DNA of 64,000 nucleotides from Phoronis australis. Lineage: Eukaryota > Animalia > Phoronida. A program made the translations under genes and the position numbers. A model generated the notes under the pieces. It did no database searches, had not been told where the DNA came from, and saw nothing but the letters and a program-made list of their open reading frames with translations. The stretch covers positions 103,492 to 167,491 of the forward strand of contig NMRA01000107.1 in the NCBI GenBank assembly GCA_002633005.1, read 5' to 3'. The stretch's first letter is position 1; each line of letters starts with the position of its first letter. Below, piece after piece: positions 12,491 through 24,200 of the stretch.

Positions 12491-15314
12491 AGCCAGGTTT
12501 AACTTATACAAACCACCTTTATGAAATCGACTGTAGTTGCCTTGGCATCTACTTGCTTAGGCAACTAAACTCGACTCGATTCTGCAAGACTACTTGGTGG
12601 ATGTTAAGGTATGGTATTCTGAGCAATATGAAGGCGCTTATTGATGTCGACTGACATCAAAAACGTCCCAATTGCCCGTAGTTTAATAGTCTCTATGTAG
12701 GCGGCTGTGGCAGAGTCTGCTATAAGCACAACATAAGTCCCATTTACACTACAAAAGTTGACACGGATCAGCTGACACGGAACGAGATGCTCGGACACAA
12801 GTATGTGTGTAAACAGAACTGACACGGAGCAAGCTGGCACCACGGAGATGACTTTTATCACCCGTTTGTGAAGTAGAGTATAGAACGCCACTAGCGTCAC
12901 CTTGTGACGGGTCTTTTCTGACACGTGACGATTGACACGCTGACGCGTCACTGATGCTGTCGAACACGTGTGTATGTTCTTAAAAGAACCAGTCATTGTT
13001 GAGGTTATACGGTATGTTGACTAAACCAATGAGATCTTCATGTTTTGACCTGAATGACAAGTACAAATGCTGTCAATCATATATCGACTTTCAAGAGACT
13101 CAGAAGTTACAGAACACGGAAGTGTCCCGGAAGTGTCTCGGAAGTGTGAATTGACATGGGATGGCTTCAGTACGATCAACAGGTACGAAGAACGATGATG
13201 GGTACGGCGACGACAATTTCTTTTGATGCTGTATTCCAGGAATTCCTTTCACCAAACGTGAGCACAACCAAAATAATGACATTAATATTAACAGCAAAGC
13301 ATAAGCGCGTGGCGAGTGCAAAAGGGCTCAGCCAACATAGCGGTGAGAAGCGTGACATTTATTGTAATGGAACTTGGCGGTGCAAGCTTGTGTACTGGAA
13401 TCGATGTCACGATGTCTGAATCGGTTTTTGATTGTAAGCGTGGCCTGGAGTGTTGTTGTAGACATCTTTCAATGGATCAAGTGTCGCAAGAAACCGTCAC
13501 TTTTTGTTGGCCGGGTGTGCTCGACTTGTGTCGTACCCCGTGGTAACAATTAGCTATAGGCTACTATGGGAAGGTACTTCTGATCTGGAAAATTATGATG
13601 TGCACCCATTTAGGGAGTGAACTCTATACAAAGGGGCCTATCAGTAAGCAACTGCTCGAAAAACTCTCCTTTTGACAAAAATTTCCCCAAAACCGCCTTT
13701 TGTTTGGGTTTATTTCATCAGAGGGGAGGAATGGTTCTCTTGAAAGTGTGCCACCAAGAGGTCTGAGTTTGGCTTCCAAAAGGGTAGCCAACCTAGTCGG
13801 AAACCAAAAATTCACTTTTATAATCAGTGACACAAAAAATCATAGAGGGACACATTCGTATACACATATACCTCTGACCTTAATTGACAAAAAGAAGACT
13901 GATGTAGCCCCATGTTTCAGTGCTTGCCATGGGGCTGCAAGGCAAGTTTCGGCTAACCCAGAAAATTCTACCCCCTCCCACAGACACATATTTTAAATGA
14001 ATGTGGCCAAAAACTGGCAAATTCCTTGAATGTGTAACAGTGTTACCGCATGAACGGTACTCCAATAGGCATGAACACAGAACATTCACATACTAGTACC
14101 CCAGTTTTTTGGGTGATCTATCAACCTTGCATTCTTGTGTGAAAGATGTTTACTAAAAATTTGCACCAGTCCCTATAACAGGACGCCAACGTTTCATCAA
14201 AAAGCCCTTGCGGTGAGTTTACCCACATGTTTGAGTCTTTCCTATGATTAATGGATTTGGCCCAGCCATCCATTACACAAAAATTGGTGTTGAGACAAAA
14301 ATATTCTCAGTGTCTTCCTACGTGCCCGGCCCTACAATAGCAACAGTTTGATAAATAACTTATGGTTGTTTTACAGTTTGATTAGTTTAACTAGAAGTAT
14401 ACTGAATGCTGTTGGTGGTGGTGGGGTTGATCAGGCTTCTGCAGCAAAACTATTAAATTTTGCTAGGAAGTTAATGGAGGACGTAGATCAAGCTGCATGT
14501 GAATTAGCAATACGAGTGTTTTTAGATTGGTTTAGGAATAGCAGTTTCACCTTAAACAGCGTCAATCGAGCAAAAGATAAGAATATGGTTGTAATATCAG
14601 GTGTCCCAAAAGCATTCAACTGATAGAGGAATTGTTGTGTGTGCCAATAAAAATTGGCACAAAGTAAGTTTTTGCTATTTCCATGGAGAACATGAATTAT
14701 GTAAGAAAAGGTATCAACATTCTGTAATATCGTGACACGTCCTTCGGGACGATTGATAAAGAGGATGTTTTCTGTTTGTCATCGTAGGTTTGGCGTAGTA
14801 ATTAAAAATTCATCGAGTCAAGAGCATGTCAGAAATTTATTAGTGCCCACCCTTCTAAAGGAAGGTTTATCGTAGTCAAAGTTTTTTCAACAGCAATGCA
14901 GCCATAACTACAATATCAAGGCTTTAAAATCACATTTAAAACTACAGCAGAATCCTACAAATTACAACGCCAAAATTCACAGGAAGAAATTCACAGAACA
15001 AACTAACAACTTAATGAATCCTTCCCACCCAATGCATGAACTCCAGTATAACAGAATACAAGTTGCTAACTTGTGAAAAACCATTTTAGCTGGAAATTAA
15101 CACGAGCACCTCGCCTATGAATATGAACTTGTGAAAGATTTTACAAATCGCAGTGTTTTCTTGTAAGCTGTGAGTTTCTGTAACGTATAGTGAAGATACA
15201 AGTTCGTCAAGCCAAGATAGGTTGTTACTTGAGAGAAGACATGAAGAACATTCTGGAGCCATTCCATCTTGGGTATGAAGCTCAGCATTTGTTACACTCG
15301 TTTCTCAAACAGCT

Positions 15315-15840
15315 CTAGTACAGCAGTGAGATTGCTGTACGGCAGTGCCAGCACTTGCTGAACGAACAGCTTGTATGATGACTTGCCGTTCTCTGTTCAC
15401 AATGGTGGTTCCATTGACCTTGGAAGGCTTTCAATGATTGATTTATTTTGGGTAAAAACACATAGTGCAAGCACCACAAGGACAGTTGATGATTTGGATC
15501 CAAAACACGTTTCTCCTCTAAAAAACGAAACATCCCATGGTACGCATTGGTGACACCACGCCACATATCTCGCCACAGCCTTTCTATCCTCTGATTGTGC
15601 ACACTTTTCCCTTGAATGGCACTCCCTCTTTCCAGACCACGGAACACTTCCATGGATACATAGACATGTACATTTTCTGCACCATGGTCACATCGAACTC
15701 GCGAGGGCACTCCTTACTTCAGTACCGCTTTTCGAAAGCAATCCTGAAAGACAGTTGTAGAACAGTTGTTGGATGCTTTCCCATACACCAGGAACCGGGT
15801 GTCACCATCTATTCCAGCATCTATACATACATCACACATA
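15315..15840 (-). pseudogene. IS3EU-type DDE integrase-core transposase fragment
   Basis: GIDGDTRF...ASNN...[19 protein letters not shown]...[24 protein letters not shown]...FLEE...LDP...[14 protein letters not shown]...WNHH; internal stop and frameshift. Confidence 0.88.
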
Positions 15841-16260
15841 TGCTTAAAAAGAAACGCATGAAAGGGTACTTGTTTTGGTAGACCAGTATGTAATGTGTTA
15901 CGTGGTTTAGGTTTGTTTTTGAGCCATTTTTGCCAAAAAGGATACTTTTTTGTCATGATCACACCAGTGACCACTTAGGGTGTGATTTTCGAGAAATGAT
16001 GATGATTCATGGTCAGAAATTGTGTAAATGAAACATAGTACTCTCATTGGTGAATTGAATTTTTTCCTCTGTGCCTGTTAGCTACAAAATGATTTCAAGA
16101 CGTCATTTTAAAGCCCTAAATTCACTCTGAGCATTTCATTCCAACAAGGTCACATTTTCCAGTTTCTCCCTTCGACTGGATAAGTTTTTGTTGCCCCAAG
16201 ACACTCCATCAGGGACTATTTTAACACTTCGCTCCATACGTGTCAGAATGTTTAGTTGTA

Positions 16261-17752
16261 CCCAACTAATCCCAACTTATCTCAACTTATCCTGTCATCA
16301 CCACTGATGCAAGTCTGTTGCTGACATCATGTTTGTTATCAAACTGCCCCTGCAGGTGGCGCAGGGATTAGTGGGAATAGTTGAATTAGTTGAAATGCGT
16401 GTTCTGTGTCTGTCATGTTGTAAGCATATTGATTATGTAATAAACTGTATCTACCTGCCTTATTTGATCTACCTAATTTTAGCTACCCGTTATTTAGTGA
16501 ATTTCTGTAGGTGGCGTTACATGTCTGCCTGCAGGCAGCGTAGCTATTAGTGGGAATAGTTGAATTAGTTGAATTGCGTGCTTGGAGTTCCAAAAGTTGT
16601 GAGCCTGTTGATGATGTCATGTACGTTCTTTACCTGCCCACAGGTGGCGCAGCGATTAGTGGGAATAGTTGAATTAGTTGAAATGCCTGTTCTGTTTCTC
16701 TCAAGTTGTGAGCCTTTTGCTGATGTAACGATTGTTATCAGTCTGTTCCTGTAGGTGGCGCAGCGATTAGTGGGAATAGTTGAATTAGTTGAAATGCGTG
16801 TTTGGAGTTCTTAAAATTGTGAGCCTGTTGATGATGTCATGTACGTTCTCTACCTGCCCACAGGTGTCGCAGAGACTATTGGGAATAAGTGAATTAGTTG
16901 AAATGCCTGTTCTGTGTCTCTCAAGTTATGCCCTGAGCCTTTTGCTGATGTCACGATTGTTATCAGTCTGTTCCTGTAGGTGGCGCAGCGATTAGTGGGA
17001 ATAGTTGAATTAGTTGAAATACGTGTTCTGAGTCTGTTACGAGCCTAGTGAGCCTTTTGCTAGCGCCATGTGTTTTATCTGTCTGCCTGCAGGTGGCATA
17101 GCGATTAGTGGGAACAGTTGAATTAGTTGAAATGTGGGTTCTGTGTTTCCCAAGCTGTGAGCCTGTAGCTGACATGATGTTTGTTATCAGCCTATACCTG
17201 CAGGTGGCGCAGCGATTAGTGGGAATAGTTGAATAAGTTGCAATGCTTGTTCTGTATCTCTCACTTTGTGAGCCTGGTGAGCCTTTTGCTGGCGTCATGT
17301 ACTTTTTCAATCTGCCTGTAGTTGGCGTAGCGATTAGTGGGAATAGTTGAATTAGTTTAACAAACGTGACATTAGCAACAGGCTCACAATTTGAGACGGT
17401 ACAGACCTTTCAACTATTCCCTCTAATCGCTACGGCATCTGCAGGCAGACACATAAAGTACATCATGACACCAGCACCAGGCTCACCACTTGAAAGACAC
17501 AGAACTAGCATATCACCTAATTGAAGAGTTCCCACTATAATCGCTGCCCACCTGCGGGAATTGACTAAATAAAGGGTAAATAAAATTGGGTAGGTCAAGT
17601 AGAACACTCACTGAGCATTTCAACTAATTCAACTATTCCCACTGATAAGCTCTGCCACCTGTGGGCATGCAAGTAGATAATGTATATTTCATCATCAACA
17701 GGCTCACAAATTTAGACTCCAAGCACGCATTTCAACTAATGGGGCTATTGGG
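16261..17752. repeat. Foldback satellite array: 9 forward units of ~110-120 bp, then ~3 inverted units
   Basis: Core CAGGTGGCGCAGCGATTAGTGGGAATAGTTGAATTAGTTG starting at ~16353, 16532, 16641, 16752, 16861, 16977, 17090, 17201, 17319; reverse-complement cores at ~17411, 17530, 17620. Confidence 0.9.
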
Positions 17753-17979
17753 AGAATTCTCCTCGCGGTGTCGCTGCTGTACTAGTGGTGATTGAATTGC
17801 ACATGCGTGGCTGTCTGCATGTAAACAACTGGTAAAAGATGGAATTTTTATCAAAATACGTCGTCGCACTAAGCCTTATTACGGCTAATTTCCCTGGTGC
17901 TTCGAGTCAACTCTGACGCTCTTCGGTGACTCGTAACGTGTTAGAAAAGACCCGAAAATGGCGGTAGGGGCGTTCCATA

Positions 17980-18827
17980 TGCGTGTGCGTGTGTTTATAT
18001 AAACAGGACTTTGGAAACGCTAAAAATTACTATCTTAAAATACTTTCATCAGTGAAAAAACTGACGAGAAAACCGGGTGTTAATCTCCGTGAGAAAAATC
18101 ATTTGGTTTAAACTTGATGGGAGATGATGTCTGGGTCTTCGTAAAACTGAAAATAGGCCATTCTCACTCTAAAGTTGCGTCGAAGACGCACAGCGACGTC
18201 TTTCAGCTGCACGGTTGAGCACATCTATATCACACAAGTCCGAGTCTGCGTCAGTCATCTTTAACAGTGTTAAACCTGGGTCTGGCCAGACCTATATTTG
18301 GTTTAGATCACAAGTCTAAGGAATTTAGACATCAGTGGTGAACTGAAAGACCGGCTTAAATCAGGCTGGTCTGCAAAGTTGAATGACCTTTATGAAATGC
18401 ACGAATTATCTTTAAACGCGGTCTAAGTCCAAATTAAGCTAGGTTTAACTTCAAACCACCTTCGTGAAATCGACTGTAGTTGTCGTGACATCTACATGCT
18501 TAGGCAACTAAACTCGACTCGATTCTGCAACACTACTTGGTGAATATTAAGGTATTGTAGTCTGAGCATCGAGAAGGCGCTTACATGTATTTAATGTCGA
18601 CTGACATCAAAAACGTCCCAATTGCCCGTAGTTTAATAGTCTCTATGTAGGCGGCTGTGGCAGAGTCTGCTATAAGCAAAACATAAGTCCCATTTACACT
18701 ACAAAAGTTGACACGGATCAGCTGACACGGAACGAGATGCTCGGACGCAATATGCGTGTAAACATAACTGACACGGAGCAAGCTGGCACCACAGTTATGA
18801 CTTTTATCATCCGTTTGTGAGGTAGAG
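17980..18827 (+). repeat. Direct duplication, copy B
   Basis: Colinear with 11651-12878 minus the MITE; starts immediately after the right TIR of the IS3EU-like element. Confidence 0.9.
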
Positions 18828-19961
18828 CAAACTGCACCCGATCATCTTGCTCCTGTCAACGATACGTCTAAACGCGAAACTGGGGAAGGCGGAAGGGATC
18901 ATCTCTATTGTGCTTGCGCAATAGTGTCATTATTTTCGCGCAATTTCTACATTTGGAAATTATAAAATATGCAAGTTCTTTTATTACGGAACAAGGTACT
19001 AAAATTATACAACAACTAAACAGTTAACAGCCAAGACTGGGTTCAATTCAAATGCTTGCTAAATGTACAGTATACTGATAAAGTNAAAAATCTGTATTAA
19101 ATTCAGTTCATTATAAAAAAATTCGATGCCATGGCGAAGGCTATTATTTGGGCTTAGGTTTCGAATAAAAGTGTTTGCGTAAAGATCCGTTTCATGAAGT
19201 TTTTAACAAAAATGAAGCGGAAATAGTGCCTTTAACGCGATTTTTGGCGCATACGCATATATGCAAAGCACTTAAATGAATAATGTTCTCTGAAAATACA
19301 AATTATTTCGAATATTGGCACCCGGGTCTGAATATGCGCCTATGAACAACCATTGCATTACAATGTTTTGACTGAATTACCCGTAACGTGAACCCTCTGC
19401 TTAACTACGGAATTGAATGAGAAAAACCAAAGTTCTTCCGACCTCGGAAGCGCTTAGCATTTGAGTATGGTGTAGATCTCTGATGTCTGTTTCTTGATTG
19501 GTCAATCAAGGATAAGGTCAACTGATATATTAAAATATTTACAACCTAACTGATGTAACTTGATCTATGAACCAGGTGATAAACTAATGGCCACAGGGGT
19601 GATCACCACGCATGTCCCAATGCCCACACGTCACTCGAGTAGAACATTTCGTTTCTGTAACAGTGCGCCTACTAAAACAATAACTGTGCTGTTCTTTTCT
19701 GGTATCTCATAACGGTTATCTAAAACAGGAACAGCACGCCATTAAAATCATAGTGCAGCAATTAGGGCAATTTCATGTTCAGCACTGTTGTCGTTTTCTA
19801 GGCAATTTATCGTGGCACGGTTGTTGGCTCGTAAACGTTCGGCGACGTCACAGTTAATTTGTTAACGTGTCATTAATTGTACTTTAGATTGTGATTTTTG
19901 ACTTCAGCGTGTTCGGACGGCGCGTGCCGCGAAAATCTTCCGAGCAAAAGGCCTGCTATTC

Positions 19962-20124
19962 CAGGGGCGGAAACAGGATTTTGAGTTATGGGGGGACAGA
20001 GTATTAGTCAGGATTTTGCCCGTCAAACATTCGCAACCCCGAACTGCCAAATGGAATATGGGAAAATTTTAGGAGAGGGGGGCATGGCCCCCTTGCCCCC
20101 CCCCGAACCCTAAATCCGCCACTG
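19962..20124. mobile_element. Short MITE (CAGGGGCGG...CCGCCACTG)
   Basis: Terminal inverted repeats and G/C-rich ends; partial reverse-complement copy at ~38640-38750. Confidence 0.7.
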
Positions 20125-21238
20125 ATCTCTGTATTTATTCGATGCATGTCAGGGCTCGCTGTAACGGTAAGCCACCGCACAGTCAGCTTCGTGCAAGCCG
20201 AAAATACAGCTCGAGTTCCTCATTACGTTGACTTCCATATTTGGCCGCGACTTGATACTAGGACAATCAGATTATAAATGTCATTGCCATGCGCGCTGAA
20301 ACCGGTCCAACATTTGCCATAAAGTTCGTCAAAAGGCATATCTAGACCTCTAGAATGCACCAAATGAGACATGAATTCTCGATATTTTCGGGGAAGCCTC
20401 TAAATTCCTGTACGGGAAGGAGTACCCTCGATCCATTGCCGACTGGTTGGCCATTTGCCGCACCAAAATGAAAATGCTTAATTCCGAAGCCACTAATTGC
20501 CGTTACCCAAGCGGCCTCAACAAGTAAGAGAATTGTTGTGATGAGAGGATCTGTGCCGCTTGGACAGCCACGCTTCGTTGCTAAGTTACACAACGCCATT
20601 ACTATGACCGATCATGAGCCAAATTAGACGATTGGAGCAGTCTTATCTCTGCTTGTATCAGTCTACCCTGGTTGTTTCATTCAGACGCTCTTATACTGTT
20701 GGCGAGCTTTTGAATGTTCATTCGGGCTATATTTGATGTATGTGAAGCACCAAGAAGTTTTTGTAGCTAGGTTTAGTTGGTTACGTGGGCAGTTGCGGCG
20801 GTTGGGGCCAGCGTAGATGGATAACGAGCTGAGCTGTGTGCCTCAAGTGAAATGTACCTCACGGCATTGCAAATGCCCACTGACTTGTAGTAAACTAGTT
20901 TCGTAGTAAACGGCGTCCATGTTCTGCTCGAATTACCTACAAAGGTGTTTTTATTTTAGAAGATATAAGAAACAAAAGGATGGTGTGTGACTCGAAATTC
21001 TGCGAACGGATGGCTTGGAAACTCTGTGAAATAGGTTTCATTTTTTGAGTCCACTCTACAAACGGACGGGTATCAATATTTTCTATCGTCTTTTCCGCGT
21101 CAAAAATGGTCGAGTACCCCGTCGGGTTGAACAACATAAAATGATTAATTGGGTAACAGGACTACAGCTATCCTAAAGATACCCACTAACTTGCTCTTGT
21201 TTTTATTTGTGGCTAGGTGAATTTTGAAGTCGGACGAA

Positions 21239-21268
21239 ATGGCGTATCTCTTGTGTTGTGACAGAAAG
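21239..21268 (+). CDS. SLC6 putative first coding exon ([10 protein letters not shown])
   Basis: Polypyrimidine tract and AG ending at 21216, GAAATGG start context, AAG|GTAGGT donor in phase 0 matching the next exon. Confidence 0.55.
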
Positions 21269-24200
21269 GTAGGTCTAAATACTTGTATGTCGAACTTTTC
21301 TAATGAATGAACAGAATTGAGATTAACAGGTTGTTTTGTGTCACTGCAACATTGTCTTGTAAATATTTATTTATGTTATGGACAAATGTGTGTGTCTGTG
21401 ATACTAAGGTCCTGTTGATCTAAAAAGTGCGATAGTGTTCGCATGTCTGTTGTATTGCCTTAGAGCTATGCACTTACCGTGTGGCACACTTTGTTGATCG
21501 TATACCATACAGTAAATGCAGTTTAATCTCGTGTACGTCTCAGGGATGTATGAAAACGTAATTGGAGAGACCGGGGTGAATTCGGCCATTTACAAATCTC
21601 GAATACTATACGCGAGCACACGTATATTTGCTGCAATTTTGTGAGGTCGCATACATTTGTCTTTCCTCAGTATACTAAAATTTAAAAAGATGAGTGGCGT
21701 GATTTTCTTCTCGTTTTCTGTATTAGGGGCAATTTAAATGTTTTATTTGTGTAATGTGACAAAGATATTACCGGCACGTGACCATTATCCATTTGGTTTC
21801 ATCAACAGTTCACGAGTGTTTTGGTGTGTATTCGCCAAATGCTGTTTGGGCGAACTCGCCCTAAATCCAGAGGGGGAGACTCGACCCTTGCAATATTTGT
21901 TTCTAGTTTGCTGGAAAATCACTTTCTGAAAAAATGGCAATTCATAAACGGTAAAAGCGTTGCCAGATGTTAAGTTGCATGTATGTATCATTAATTGAAT
22001 GACGTTTCTTGATTAACGTGCAATAGGTGGGGTTTGCACGTGTTTTTTTCAAATTTAACCTTTACGAGGAAGGGGCAAATTCCATATAGCTTGCCCTTGA
22101 GAAAATTACATTTACTCGCATGTTGGCACACTTGTCGAGTGTGTGCTACGTTTAAGCCACTGAAGCAGAGTCTTAAATCCGGACATAAATATCTACGGTG
22201 GAAAGGGGCGAACTCGTTCCAGTTTCTCTTATAATTTAGGCATGAATTCTTTTATCTCCATCTATTCTCGCTACCGAGACTGTTGTCTTTTTGGTAAAAA
22301 TGTTTTATACGCAAGGCAATCTAAATGATTGATGTCTGGCACAGAAGCCTGTATTAGTTAAAGTTATTGGTTAAATGTGTACTATGATTGCAACGAACAT
22401 GCTAAGCGGACAGGCCAAGTGTCTTGGCGATGATTCATCATCTCATCCTGGGGTTTCTACAATTGATAAGGAAATGCCACCAAATTGGGCGTTTTTCCCT
22501 AGGGTTTTTTGCTTTATGATGTCATCTTGGTATCATGATCTAGGGTGGACTAACGGGAGTGGGGGTTAGTCACTGGACGGGCTACCCAATGCGGGGTTGC
22601 ATGAAACGGTCCTGACAGGAAACTATGTCCCTTAACTTTTAATTGTATTCGTGGACTTGTGAAAATAGTGATTGTCTATTCTAATGCTGTTTTATTTTCT
22701 TTGCCAAGTACATTTTTGGCATTGACAGAGACTGAGAGTAAATTCTGTTCTTAATACTATTAGAAATAACTTAACAGGGATCTTTTAATGCAGCGTCCCA
22801 GATTGAAGGGCCAATATAAAATACTGTTATTTAAGGAGGAGCTCACAACAAAGATATAATTATGGAAAAGATATCATTTGTGAGCAACTAAAGACACAAA
22901 TACTCAGAAGATTTGAGGAATAGTTGAATCCCCATTTGGGACCGTTCCGCGGTGCAACCGGGCACAGGTGTCGTGTTGGTCTGAATTTTTAATAGGCGAC
23001 GAGACACCTGTCACTGTTGAATTTTGAGGACCCTGGGGTTCCATCGGTCACCCCCGTTTTTATCAGTCCAAATACGTAACACGGTAGTACTCTTCAAATA
23101 AAATGAAATCTGCCACGTTTGCTCGCTTTACGGTATTTGTACAGATAAAGCAAATTTTTAGATTTGCGTTATTACTTTAAAGTGACTAATCCCATACTGC
23201 CATTAGGGCGTTTTTTCCATGCCCATCTTGTAGAGTCTTGTTTAGTTCTTTCTATTTACGTCATAATAAATAACATTATTCGCAATCCTCATCTTGTTTT
23301 ATTCTGCAACATAGCTCGTGGCGAGTACCCCGGGCAAAACTTTAGATTATGACGATAAAAAGTGACTAATCAATAAGTAACAACATGCAAGTAAAGATTG
23401 AGTATTGGTCGACATGTACTGGTACGTCCGGCAATAGTTACTTTCAATCGCTCTTGCAGAGTTCTCGATCTGAAAGGAGTCAGGATTCTAAGGACTCCGA
23501 ATTTCGTCAATCATCGAAAGTGTCCGACGAGAGCAAGACAGATCGAGGCAACTGGGCGAATAAAGCTGAGTTTCTTCTTTCCTGTATTGGGTTTGCTGTC
23601 GGCCTCGGAAACCTCTGGAGATTCCCGTATCTCTGCATACGCAATGGCGGTGGTATGTGATCTTAGCATTTGCCACACTCTGTCTCAGTGTTACCAGCCA
23701 GGGGTAGCGCTGTGCGGGGAATGATATTGTAAGGTGTACATTCGATAGTCATCGGAAATTATCGGCCATTCGGACATTCCGATTGGATAGATTTGAAAAA
23801 TGCGTAAGTGTATAGAGTGCTATCTATTGAGAAACGCACCGTCGAGGCAGGCACAAAGAACCAGGTATGAATGATCCCATTTCACGTGAAAGGGTCACAC
23901 TTTAGGCCTGGGCACGTTACGCCGCGTTTAAGTTATGATTTTGACGGTAAGCGATATTTTAATGAACTTCACTTTATTAGGGTCCATTTTTGGAAAAAAA
24001 AAGCTCACTTTCAGCATAGTGGACGTGTTTTGAGGCTGTGCACTTTGAAAGGCAAGTCACGGCTTTGATGTCTCTGGTACACAATGTTAGGAGCTTTTTC
24101 AAAATTCCTTTTTGAAACGTGCATACTCAAATTTCTGATGAATGCTCCCCACTGCTCCCTGTCTTTGTAGCTNCCCCCCCCCCCCCCCAATGATTTCAGT

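Larger units (their letters stand above)
11651..12878 (+). repeat. Direct duplication, copy A (contains a MITE insertion and an assembly gap)
   Basis: Colinear with 17980-18827 from TGCATGTGCGTGTGTACATATAAACAGG to CCGTTTGTGAAGTAGAG. Confidence 0.9.
12879..17979 (-). mobile_element. IS3EU-like DNA transposon (~5.1 kb, degenerate)
   Basis: Imperfect TIRs TATAGAACGCCACTAGCGTCA...GGGTCTTTTCTGACACG vs CGTGTTAGAAAAGACCCG...GGCGTTCCATA (TAY..RTA termini); internal integrase-type transposase remnant. Confidence 0.75.

Noticed and set aside
12604-12996. Duplicated ORFs (also 18581-18781) as a small gene family
   Set aside because: The similarity comes from the DNA duplication; no recognisable domain, and start and stop positions differ between copies.
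16353-17360. CRISPR-like array (conserved ~40-bp core with variable intervening sequence)
   Set aside because: The intervening segments are homologous to one another and ~70-80 bp long, the array inverts, there are no cas genes, and the context is eukaryotic. It is a satellite or foldback repeat.
11651-18827. LTR retrotransposon (direct repeats as LTRs around an integrase)
   Set aside because: No RT, RNase H or gag remnants and no TG...CA ends. The integrase motifs are IS3EU-type and the interior has its own TIRs.
23385-23459. ORF-track N-terminus MQVKIEYW... for SLC6
   Set aside because: A good acceptor (TTTCAATCGCTCTTGCAG) at 23459 and a compatible upstream start exon suggest this stretch is intronic, though this is not excluded.
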